Of a stretch of DNA of 60,503 bases, positions 1 to 10,422 are shown piece by piece. The translations under genes were made by a program, and so were the position numbers. Source of the stretch: Amoebophrya sp. A120. Lineage: Eukaryota > Protista > Dinoflagellata. The stretch spans positions 690,834-751,336 of the forward strand of contig CAJINV010000023.1 in NCBI GenBank assembly GCA_905178155.1. Reading direction: 5' to 3'. The notes beneath the pieces were generated by a model that worked only from the letters and a program-made list of their open reading frames with translations, made no database searches and was not told the DNA's origin. Position 1 is the stretch's first letter. The number at the start of each line of letters is the position of its first letter.

Positions 1-113
1 GGGCCGCGCTTTCGCCGCGCGGCTGGTTTGGCTTTCGCGCTGGTTAGATTTTCGCGCACGCATTTGGTTACCAATATCGCCCTCCGGGCGCGATCTTCAT
101 AGAACTAACACAG

Positions 114-223
114 TAGAATCTGTCATGCTACGTCCTACATACCAGACCACAGACATGGGTCATGGAAAACCTGCATATACAAGCCCGGCATTCTTCCAGA
201 CCCAGACATTTCTGCAATCCATA
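114..223. mobile_element. Right half of family B introner, interrupted upstream by unrelated DNA
   Basis: Ends CTTCCAGACCCAGACATTTCTGCAATCCATA; internal part matches copy 42517-42778; exon follows. Confidence 0.8.
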
Positions 224-3200
224 GTGGTTGTGTTGACACAAAAGCGCGTAAAGAGTTTGCAGCGATTGCTCACGTCCTTGAGCGCTGGCGTGTATCCACC
301 GACCGGCGCGAAGATTGATGTGGAAGTCCGGGTAGACGGCGTCGCGAGCGGGGAAATGCGGCAGGTATTCCAAGACTTTGCTTGGCCGCCAACTACCTCC
401 TCCAGCACGATCCAGGGCGTGAAGAAGCTCGTCGAGCTTCCGGAAGGAGGCAAGGGTCTCGCGCAAGCCTGGTTCCAGGCGTGGCGAGCGCCCCTGCGGG
501 ACGACTACGGCGAGCAGGAGGCGTCCCGGCACCGGGCCATCATCCTGGAGGACGACGTGGAGCTATCGCCACTGTGGTACTGCTGGCTCCTTCTAGCGTG
601 GCAGCACTACGGGTCGCGCACCGATCTGGCCGGTATTTCCCTGGAGTATTGCAAGGGAAAATGCCCCCTCCCCATATCGCAAAGGCACGCCTCAGAGAAT
701 TTGTGATGCGGATTTGTGACCACAAATCGTGTCTGTCTTGCAAGAAAGCAACGGCATAGGCTCCGACTCATTAGGCAGGCGGTTTGTGATGCTGTTGGGC
801 CTACAGCATAGACGTTCCTCGTGCTAAGTGCTGAGGCCAAGACCTCTCGGCACTGGCATGATATGGGCCTACAGTCCTCGACTGCAAGACAAATCTGATT
901 TGTGTACACAAATCCAGCATCACAAGTTCCGTTTTGATATGGGGAGGGAGGATCTTTCCTTTCGATATGGAGCGCCAGCTGTTCGTGAACAAGATGTCCA
1001 AAGTATCAAAGTGAAAAAAGCCCCCTCGTCCCCATATTCAGACGGAAATTTCTGTTGCTGGATTTGTGTACACAAATCAGCGCTGTATTGCAGCAAGCGC
1101 TTGCAGGCAATTTTTCCTGAGTACTAGCGGTAGCCTGGTTATAGGTATGCAAAAGGCTAGTACTCGTCAGGCATGACAGACAGCTCTGCAGTAGGCAGAA
1201 GCGCATGACAGCTTGGCTGTGGAATGCGCCACACGGCTATCATCTGCCTCATATGCAAGACAGAGCTGATTTATGGTCACAAAGCAGCATCACAAATTTC
1301 AATTGTGAGCTTGGGGACGAGGGGGGATCATTTTTCCTCACGATACAAAGCCGGCCGCTCGGGGCTCAACGCGGCGTACCGAGCGGGCAAACCCTTCCTG
1401 TATAAACAGCTAGGCTCAATTGGATTCAGTCCGCACCCGCTGGTGTGGAAGAGGTTTCTGCAGTGGATCCAAGCGTATTGCGAGGAAAAATCACCCCTCC
1501 CCATACCAGAAAGGGATACTTCTGAAAATTTGTGATGCTGATTTGAGACCACAAATCGTCGCTGTGTTGCAAGGAGGCAAATCCAAAAACTCCGCCGCAT
1601 TCTGCGGGCAATTTGTAATGCTGTATGGCCTACGAAGGACGCGCCTGCCTTGCTAGGCGCCTACACCAAAGCGCCCCTACCCTGGCTCTGTATCTGGTTG
1701 CGATCTTTCACTGCAAGACGAAGCCGATTTGTGTACAGAAATCCCGCACCACAGAGTTCCATTTCGATATGGGGAGGGGGGATTATTTCCTTTCGATAGG
1801 GCGGTAGACGTGACCACGGTCGATTTGGCCATTCCCGGGCTGATGAGCACGTCCTGGTGGAAGGTGCTGAACCGCAAACAGCTGTGGACGCTATAGCAAG
1901 AAAAAACTGTTTCATTGTGAACTTGTGATGCATGAAATGGAACGCTGAACTATTCGTCTTGCTACACCTCCAACGCATTGGATTTTTAAGCGTCTTTTCC
2001 TTTGGGAAGCGCGCATGGCACGTTTTCTGTGTCATGTGTAGCAAACTTGTATATGGGGATCTTGCAAAACCATCACAGTGAAACAGTTTTTTCGTGGGAT
2101 AGACGCATCATTTTGTCTACTTCTGCTACCACAGCAAGACCCCTCTCTTCACGCTGTACTACGCCGCCGCGTCGTCCGGTGCTGGTGCCACCAGCACGAC
2201 CTCTGAGAAAGCTAGGACCATGGCTGCCCATTGGCGGGAGAAAGGAGCGCACTACGCGGCGAGCCTATCAAATGCAAACATGTCTGGGTTAGGAAGGATG
2301 CGAACTTGTGATGCGCATTTCACAACACAGACGAATCTCTCACGCATAGGCAGCAAAAGGCGCCCATTTCCTGTCACCAAAATGGGCGATTTGTCATGCG
2401 GATTAAGCAAAGCGGAAGCTTCTTGAAATCTGTGATGCTAGGGCTTCCATGGCAGACATTTTGTGCCATGCAAAAGCAGCATGACAAAAATCTGCATTCT
2501 TCCAGACCCAGACATTTTTGCATTTGATAGAGCCTCGGGCGCGACCACCCCTTGGTGAACCGGGCGGAGTTCTGGCTTATCAAAGAGAAAAATCCGCCAT
2601 CCCTATATCGAAACGAAGTTTCTGATGCTGGATTTGCGTACACAAATAAAGTCTGTCTTGCTGGAGAGGACTGCCGGCATATGCCAAGCCTGAGTCGACA
2701 GGTTTCGACGTAGGCGACTAGCATGACAGAGGTTGATGCTGTAAGCCCAACAGCATCACAAACCGCCCGCATAATGCGGCGGACTCTCGTCTGGGCTTGC
2801 CTTCTTGCAAGACAGACAGGATTTGTGGTCACAAATCTGCATTACAAATTCTCAGACGGATGCGTTTTCAATATGGGGAGGGGGGATTTTTCCTTCTGAT
2901 ATGGCTCTTTCCGCCACTGTTGCAACAACTCGACTGGGACACCACCACGGTGAATGCGCAAGATTTTCCAGCCCAGAACGTAGCCGGAACTGTATCCTAT
3001 GCAAAAACGTCCCCACACCATAGTCAAGATGGGGACTCGGCTAGGCAAATTCACAAGCTTTGGCTGTTTTGCATGACAAATCTCGACTCGTATTGTAGTG
3101 CTGTTAGAGCTATCTGAGCAGCATCACAGATCTAGGATACCATGCTGATTGAAGCATGACAAATTATAAAACACGACTGGAAAACGCCTCTCATGGGGCT

Positions 3201-5737
3201 CCGCATGACAAACATTGTCAGAATGCAGACTTGCATGACAACCCTGGGATGGGGACGCTTTTAGATACGATAAACTGGGGAGGGTGGGGCCGCGCCCGGG
3301 TCAGGGTTCTCCTCGCAGCAGAGCGAAGAAGCGCCCGCCCAGGTGCTCCGGTTAGGTACGCAATACGGGGGGTGGAAGTTTGAGGGCTCGGCGCTTTCGG
3401 AAAGTTCGGTAATCTACTCTGTGGGGCTCGGCGAAGACATCTCGTGGGACTTGGGGATGCTCGAGAAGTACCGGTGCCAGGTTTTCGGGTTTGATCCCAC
3501 TCCCAGGGCCGCGCAGCACGTGGAAAAACAGGAGCAGGCGGGAAAGATGCAAGTCGGTGGCTCCCGTATTGTGAGGGAAAATCCCCCCTTTCCATACTGA
3601 AAAGGTATGCTCCTAAAAATTTGCGATGCTGATTTGTGACCACAAATCCTGTGTCTCTCGCAAGGGGGCAAATCAAAAGAATCCGCCGACTTATACAGGC
3701 GATTTGTAATGCTGTTACGGCTACACGGCAGGCTTCTGCTATGCTAAGCACCTACGCCAAAACACCCCTGCACAGGCTTAGGCTTTGCCTGCAGTGCCTC
3801 ACTGCAAGACAGATGTGATTTGTGTAGACAAATCCCGCATCACAGATTTCCGTTTTGATATGGCAGGGGGGATTTTTCCTTTTGATATCCCGCCTCAGGT
3901 TCAAGTTCACGCCGGAGGGGTTGAGTGGCAAGGATGGCACCTCCACCTTTGTACTGCCGGCCAACCTATCCTGTGCAAAAGTACTATCGTACTCGTAGCA
4001 ATCGCAGTCATGCATTACAAGTTATTGTCTAGATGTAAATCCGCATGACAAGCTTTCTTTCTCATGCTGGGGAAATTTGTAATGCAATTATACGAGTTGT
4101 ACGATACTTTTGCAATGCATACAACCCCGCACACGTGTCCATGTCCGAGGCCTCGAACGACTCGCGGAACGTGAACGCGGAGAAGAAGACCCTCACCGTA
4201 TCAGAAGGAAAAATCCCCCCTCCTCGTATCAAAAACGAAATTTGTGTTGCTGTATTTGAGTACACAAATGACATTTGTCTTGCAGTAAAGGACTGCACGC
4301 AGTAGATCGTAAGCCTAAGGGGGGGCTTCTTGGTCTAGGGGACTAGCATGGCAGACGTCTGCCCTATAGGCCTTGCAGCATTACAAATCGCCTGCATATC
4401 GAGGCGGAGTCTCTGAGTTTGCCCTCTTGCAAGAGAGATAGGATTTGTGGCCACGAATCAGCGTCGCAAATTTTTGGAAGCAAGCGTGCCTTTTGAGTAT
4501 GGGGAGGGGGGATTTTTCCTTTTGATGCACCGTGCCGGTCGCGACGCTGCAGACCTGGCTTGCCAGAAACGGCCACTATCAAATGCAAATATGTCTGAGT
4601 CTGGAAGATTCCGCGATTTGTCATGCAGTTTTTCCAAGATCCACCAAGTCTATAACGCAGTGCCTAGCATCACAGGTTCTACAGCGCCTTGGTGATGCCT
4701 ATTCTGCATAAGAAATGCTTCTCAGCATGGCCAGAAGTGGGGACCTTTTGCAAGTCATGCAACACAGATCTTCGTATGATCCGCAACACGCATCACAAGT
4801 TCGCATCTTTCCAGACCCAGACATATTTGCATTTGATAGGCACGAAAAAGTGGACATCCTCAAGTTGGACATTGAAGGCTCGGAATACGCCCTGCTGGAG
4901 CAGTATGGGGGTGTCAGAATCGAAATCGACAAAATCGAAAAACCTGTAATGCATCAAATGCAGGGCACGTATGGCCTGTATTGGGGAGCAGGCAAATGAG
5001 ACCGATTGCAAGTCTGTTTAGGAGGAGGCGACGCGCTGCCAGAGCAGCATGACAGGAGCAGTCTTCTTTGCCCAAACAGCATGACAGACTGCATTTTGGC
5101 GCTCCCGAAATTCGTCATGCGCCAGTTGGAAACTGAGGCTCCAACTGGTATCGATTTTATGCGTCGCAAATAATTTCGATTTTGTTGATTTCGATCCTGA
5201 CGCTCCCATAAGCAGTGGGCTTTGGTCGATTACGCCACGAAGCCCTTCCCCGCAACGCAGCTACTGGTGGAGTTTCATCACCGTTACCTGGGCACCCAGG
5301 GGTTATCAGGAGGAAAAATCCCCCCTCCCCATATCAAAACGAAATTTCTGATGCTAAATTTGAGTAAACAAATCAGCTCTGTATTGCAGGAAGGCACTGC
5401 AGCCAGATTCCCAGGCTAGGTAGGGGCGTATGGGTCTAGTTGTTCAGCATGGCAAACGGCTCCCCTTTAAGCTGCCCAACAGCGTGACAAATCGCCTCCA
5501 TAATGGGGCGAAAGCTTCTGCCCTTGTCTTATTGCAAGACGCGTGCGATTTGTGACCTCAAATCAGCAACGCAAATTTTCGGAAAGATAGCTTTTCAATA
5601 TGGGGAGGGGGGATTTTTCGTTTTGATAGGGGTTGGCCCGCCACCAGAAGGTCCTCAAGCTCCTCGAACAGCGAGGGTTTAAAGTTTTCTACAATGACAA
5701 CAACCAAGAGATTGGCTTTATTCAGCACAAGTTGTAG
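224..5737 (+). CDS. 5'-partial GT-A (GT2-like) glycosyltransferase fused to C-terminal FkbM/Methyltransf_21/22-type SAM methyltransferase; 13 non-canonical introns
   Basis: Exons 224-646,973-1003,1351-1475,1804-1891,2107-2265,2535-2577,2907-2992,3278-3566,3893-3966,4127-4198,4533-4576,4844-4903,5216-5303,5634-5737 = 1686 nt, open to TAG. Motifs VVLTQKR..SLQRLL, IILEDD, AGISLER, PFLYKQLGS, HWREKGAHY; then LGTQYGGW, VIYSVGLGEDISWD, GFDPTP, DILKLDIEGSEY, QLLVEFHHR. Confidence 0.85.
647..967. mobile_element. Introner family A (TIR core AAAAATCCCCCCTCCCCATAT)
   Basis: TAT..ATA, DR TGGAG/TGGAG; removal gives ISLE|RQLF. Confidence 0.9.
1004..1345. mobile_element. Introner family A
   Basis: DR CAAAG/CAAAG; frame restored. 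Confidence 0.9.
1476..1798. mobile_element. Introner family A
   Basis: DR AAGCG/GGGCG (imperfect); frame restored. Confidence 0.85.
1892..2101. mobile_element. Introner family D (TIR core AAAAAACTGTTTCACTGTGA)
   Basis: DR GACGC/GACGC; frame restored. Confidence 0.9.
2266..2529. mobile_element. Introner family B (TIR core TGCAAAAATGTCTGGGTCTGGAA)
   Basis: DR GAGCC/GAGCC; frame restored. Confidence 0.9.
2578..2901. mobile_element. Introner family A
   Basis: DR TGGCT/TGGCT; frame restored. Confidence 0.9.
2993..3272. mobile_element. Introner family C (TIR core AAAAACGTCCCCACNCCAGAGT)
   Basis: DR AACTG/AACTG; frame restored. Confidence 0.9.
3567..3887. mobile_element. Introner family A
   Basis: DR TCCCG/TCCCG; frame restored. 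Confidence 0.9.
3967..4121. mobile_element. Introner family J (single copy, 155 bp)
   Basis: TIR TGCAAAAGTACTATCGTACTCGTA / TACGAGTTGTACGATACTTTTGCA; DR CAACC/CAACC; frame restored. Confidence 0.85.
4199..4527. mobile_element. Introner family A
   Basis: TAT..ATG, DR CACCG/CACCG; frame restored. Confidence 0.9.
4577..4838. mobile_element. Introner family B
   Basis: DR GCCAC/GGCAC; gives RNGH|EKVDILKLDIEG. Confidence 0.9.
4904..5210. mobile_element. Introner family G (TIR TATGGRRGTGTCAGAATCGAAAT)
   Basis: DR AGCAG/AGCAG; frame restored; inverted relative at 28232. Confidence 0.9.
5304..5628. mobile_element. Introner family A
   Basis: DR GGGGT/GGGGT; frame restored. Confidence 0.9.
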
Positions 5738-6020
5738 ACGAGGCTGGCTGGTGGATCGCATTATTTTGCGCTCTCGGTATATAAAAGTAGCGCCGTACTA
5801 AATGTTAAAATATGGATATTTGCTTTGCAAATGCAAATTCAAAAGACTTTCACTCACCATTATTTTTTCGTCAACTTGGTAGCAGTTGCTCCCCACACGA
5901 CAGGATAGTTCTATGAGCATAAATAAGTTGAGGATTGAAATTGCTCTATGTGATGTCAAATCCTAATGGTAAGCCGGCGTATCTTGTTGTAGCACGTGAT
6001 TCGAAAAAGACTCCCAGATT

Positions 6021-7966
6021 GAGTAGGTGTGGGCCTGTAGGCCTAAATTCCGGTGGGTTGGTCGGTTGGTTGGTTGGTTTTGGACAGACGACATTTGATC
6101 GAATTTCCGAACTATGCAAACACGCCCACAGGTTTCGGGCGCAGGACGTGTTGCAGCTGCAGGCAGTTGTCCGTAACTTCCTTGGAGACGGACCAGGCTC
6201 CTACACGGTACTTGAGCCCACAAAAGATTTCGGTCGACACTGAGCGAAGGGCAGCATAGGTGCGACGGACCCCAAGCACCAGCATCCCGAACTGCAGAAG
6301 CTCAGACCTCCCCTAATTTCGCCAAGAAAAATGAAAAGTGGATCGAATGAAACAAAATGAAGAAACAGATGCTACCACTGATCTGCGCGACGGCCCGAAG
6401 CGCAGGGCCTTTCTGCTCTGTGGTGCGGCTTTTGTTTTGATTTTGATCACATTTCCACGCCCCCACACTGTGTCCTTTTTTTCGTTTTTTGTGACAGGGA
6501 GCGGGAGCCAACTGCTGTGCACAAAAACAAGGCGTCGCGTGATTTGAATCAATGCGAAGCTGCTGAAGCTTCAGACAGAGTGATAGCCAAGCAACCCAAT
6601 CCGACCGGCGTCCACTTTCACCGACCGGCCGCGGGCGGGTGGGCTGGTAGGTGGGTAGGCGTGTCCAGCAGGCCGCGCAGCCCCGCCCCGGCCGAGGCAG
6701 GGGGCGCTTGGGTGGGTAAGCCGGCAGGTGTGGCCAAAACGCAGGCACGCAGGCAACGCGCAGGCAGACAGACCGCAAAGGCAGGGAGCTGGGTGGGCGG
6801 GCTAGCGGGCGAGGCCAACGGGCAACGCGCACCCGCCCAGCTGCCCAGGCGGACAGGCCGGTAGGCCGGCACGTGTGGCCAACAGGCGTCGCACGCCCGC
6901 GCGCCCCTGCTCGGGCAGGTGGGAGGGAGGGTAGGTCGGTCGGCAGGCGTAGCCAGCAACCAAAACAGGCCGGCCCACGCACCCTTTCCCAGGAAGGTGG
7001 GTGGGTAGGTCAGCATGTGTGGCCACCAGGCGACGCGCCTGCCTGGCACACGCACCCCGGGTCAGGCGGGTCGGCGGGTGGTTGGGCAGGCCGGCACGCG
7101 CGATCAGCAGGCTGCGCACACCCGCCCCGGCCCAGGAATGGGGTTTTTAGGTCGGCAGGCGTGGCCACCCGGCAGCGCATGCGCCCCTCTGGCAGGTCAG
7201 GTGGGTGGGCGGGCCGGTAGGCCCGCGGGTTCGGTGGGGGGCGTGGCGACAGGGCGGCACGCCCCGCCCCACCCCTGCCCGGGCAGGTGGGTGGGCGGGT
7301 CGGCTAGCAAGCCGGGCCACCAGGCAACGCGCGCTGGACCAGCCACCCCCGCCAGAGCAAAAGGGTGGGTGGGTAGGTCGGCTGGCGCGACCAGCAGGCA
7401 ACACACACCCACACTGGCCCAGGCGGGTGGGTGGGTCGGTGGGTATGTCGGCAGGCGTGGCCACCAGGCAACGCGCGCGCGCCCGTCCCCGCCGAGACAG
7501 GCGGGAGGGCGGGTGGGTGGGTCGTCAGGCGTGGCCACCGGGCGGCGCGCCCTCACTCCTGCCAAGGGAGGTGGGTGGGTAGGTCGGCGCGTGTGGCCAG
7601 CAGGAAGAGCATGCTGGCTCACCCGCGCCAAGGCAGGTGGGTCGGTAGGCGTGGCCAATAGGCAACGCATGCTCGCCCCACCCCCCCACCAGGCGGATGG
7701 GTGGGAGGGTAGGTCGGTAGGCGTGGCCACCGATCTCCTCTGGGTGGAAAGGAATAGGTAGGTAGGTGGGTCGGTGCGATCACGAGAATACAATCGAAAA
7801 GAGAGCTGGTGGGTGGGTAGGTAGGCAGCTTCAACAGTAGTAGTAGACGAACCTCAGAAAAACACAACACACAATGCAGCGGGTTCGATCAAATGTCGTC
7901 TGTCCAAAACCAACCAACCAACCGACCAACCCACCGGAATTTAGGCCTACAGGCCCACGCCTATTG
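6021..7966. mobile_element. Non-autonomous TIR DNA transposon, hAT-like (8-bp TSD)
   Basis: 83-bp near-perfect TIRs (6021-6103 / 7884-7966); TSD CCCAGATT at 6013-6020 and 7967-7974; no transposase ORF. Confidence 0.8.
6630..7830 (+). repeat. Degenerate G-rich minisatellite (unit about 60-65 bp) inside the hAT-like element
   Basis: Recurrent GGGTGGGTGGGTAGGTCGGCAGGCGTGGCCACCAGGCAACGCGC..CCCC units. Confidence 0.8.
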
Positions 7967-8324
7967 CCCAGATTATACCAGCGCGTCCGAAAATTTATTT
8001 TCAGTATGCCTTTAATAGTTCTTGCGCTGCGTCCGGAACATTTCAGGCAGCAGGCAGATTTGCATCACAAGTTGTCCTCTGGGGCCGCGCGGGGGGCCCC
8101 ACTTTCACAACTACACAGGATAAGAAGAATCTACTTCGGAGACCACTTTTTAAGTCCTTTATTGGTCTATAGACTGGTGTTCTTTTGCCTGATTCTTGAA
8201 ATTCGGTATCAAAGACCCCTGGAACTTCTTCCTTGTATAAATTCGTTGGCACACGAGGACCACACGGTAGTTCATTCCTATAATCAGTTCTCTGACTCTT
8301 TTTGTCACTAGTAGTGAAGAGCTA

Positions 8325-8619
8325 TATCCTAAGTAAAAACGTGCCCGCCCCAGAGTCAAGATGGGAATTTTGCAGGACAAATCGACAAGCTTTGGCTGTT
8401 GCGCACGAGAAGTTTTGTCCCCTCGTAGTGTAGTCGCGATTTTTTAGATAGTGCAGGAGCATCATCTTCATCACAAATCTAGCCTATTATGCTGATTGGA
8501 GCATCACAAATTTCAAAACAGCGCTATAGAATGTGTCTCATAGGTCTCCGCATGAGAAACATTTTAAGCATGCAGATGTGCATGACGACTCTGGGGTGGG
8601 GACATTTTTCCTCAGGATA
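8325..8619. mobile_element. Family C element, intergenic
   Basis: TATCCTAAGTAAAAAC..CTCAGGATA; DR decayed (AGCTA/AATCA). Confidence 0.8.
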
Positions 8620-8639
8620 AATCAGACCGCGTGTTTCAT

Positions 8640-8891
8640 TATCAAATGTAAAAATGTCTGGGTCTGGAAATTTGTGATGCTGGTTGGCGTATCATGAGGC
8701 GGCCACAAGTGCTGGCTCAGCATGACAAGTTTCTGAGCTCCTAGGTGTTGCCTATTCTGCATGACAAACTGCGCTTCTGCATCACAGAAACGCGGAGCTC
8801 TTGGGTAACGTGCATGACAGATTTAAGAGCCATGCCAGACAAGCATGACAAACGCGAATTCTTCCAGACCCAGACATTTTTGCATTTCATA
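8640..8891. mobile_element. Family B element, intergenic
   Basis: DR TTCAT/TTCAT. Confidence 0.9.
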
Positions 8892-8935
8892 TTCATCCAC
8901 AGATCAGCTCTCCGCCACGTGTGTCACGTGGTGGA

Positions 8936-9197
8936 TATCAAATGCAAAAATGTCTGGGTCTGGAAGAATGCAACTTGTGATGCTGAATTTGGATTCCAAA
9001 AAAATCTGTATTGCATGAGCAGCAAAGGGAATGCAATTTTTGCTACGCGGAGAGGGCATTTGTCATGCGGAATAGGCATCGCGAAGCCCTCAAAAAATCT
9101 GTGATGCTGGGGCATGCATTACATGAATCATGGATCATACAAAATATGCATCACAAATCTCAGAATCTTCCAGACCCAGACATTTTTACATTTGATA
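8936..9197. mobile_element. Family B element, intergenic
   Basis: DR GTGGA/GTGGA. Confidence 0.9.
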
Positions 9198-9363
9198 GTG
9201 GAGGAAGGGGTCCAATTTATTTTGCACAGCCTCCAATCATGTATATCAGTTTATTTTCCCGTTAGTAGTAGAACTACATCAACTACGCACAAATGTAATT
9301 CATACTCGCGGCGGGCCACGCCACGTCAACGAATTGCGGCAAGTCTGCAGATGGACGACTTCT

Positions 9364-10412
9364 TATCAACTGCACCAAATTAATATGTCTGGGTCTGGAA
9401 ACTTGTAATTACACAAGTATGAACACACTTCTTCTATATTCCCAATTGTGTGCTTCAACGTTTTTTATCTTTCCTTCTTCAGCGCGAAAAAAGCTTTTCC
9501 TTCCGGGCCTTGAGCGCTAGCCTAAACCACAAGAAAATCTTGTAGCCTATCCGATATGCGGCCCATCTGCTTCCACTGTAAGGTTGGTAAAGGTGGAGCC
9601 AGGTGGTTTTTCATGTGTTGTTTCTTCCGGTTCATTTTCGTTCTCCCTCGAGTCAAATTCCAAATCCGTTTTTTCTATTTTCCATTTCCGAACTACTACT
9701 ACTCCTACTCGCGGTTCGTGATCACAATTTGTTTGTAGTTGTTGCTGATCGGATATTTTTTGCTTTTCGTGGACCGATGCTATGCAGTATTTTTTGCAAC
9801 TTTTGAAAAAAAGACGTCCATTTCTAATTGTTTTTTATTTTTGCAAGACGACATGCATTTTTTGAAAGATTTTTCTGTACCTATTTTCCTGTGGTTGTTT
9901 CAAGCTGTGTAAAGAGAGCAATACAAATCCAGAAAAAAGCTTCCATATAAACTTCTTTGCCAGAACTACAACAGGAAAGCAGGTGTAAAGATGCATTTTA
10001 GATCGGGTTGGATGGACGTCTTTTTCACTTTTGCCTTTGTAAAAAATTCCATCCAGAGCCCGAAATGTATGCGACGTAAAGATTGCTGGGAAAGTCATAA
10101 GCTTATGTGGTAACACTCTTCAAGATTCCCAAGCCGGCAGCGTTTGCAAATGTTCCCTACGATTAGTTTCTGCTTCCATTTAAATCTAAAAGTGGATGAT
10201 AGCCGGACTGCAATACGCAGCCAAGCATGACAAATTTTTGAACTGCTATGTATTGCGTATTTTTCCGCATGAGAAACAACGTTTTTACATGACAAATAGG
10301 AGAGCCTTTATTTCGTGCCCATGCATTACAGATTCTCGAGTCATGTCAGACATGCATGACAAAAACAAATGTAAGAATCTTCCAGACCCAGACATTTTTT
10401 TTGCAATCCATA
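9364..10412. mobile_element. Long (1049 bp) family B element with about 780 bp extra internal DNA
   Basis: B TIRs at both ends, DR CTTCT/CTTCT; aligns to reverse complement of 13009-13259 except for about 9410-10185. Confidence 0.8.
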
Positions 10413-10422
10413 CTTCTAGCAG

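Noticed and set aside
647-972. Canonical GT-AG reading of junctions such as GAG|TAT..GAG
   Set aside because: Using both GT and AG removes one extra base and shifts the frame; most junctions lack these dinucleotides
647-5633. Repeat/unique alternation resembling a CRISPR or integron cassette array
   Set aside because: Repeats are 150-350 bp TIR elements of several families, and the spacers join into one ORF
6302-7793. Long overlapping Pro/Arg/Gly-rich ORFs
   Set aside because: Artefact of the GC-rich minisatellite
5980-8122. Old TAT..ATA element hosting the hAT-like insertion
   Set aside because: Only weak end similarity and no direct repeat
8120-9300. Possible small gene around elements 8325, 8640 and 8936
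   Set aside because: Joined sequence gives only short frames with no recognisable motif on either strand
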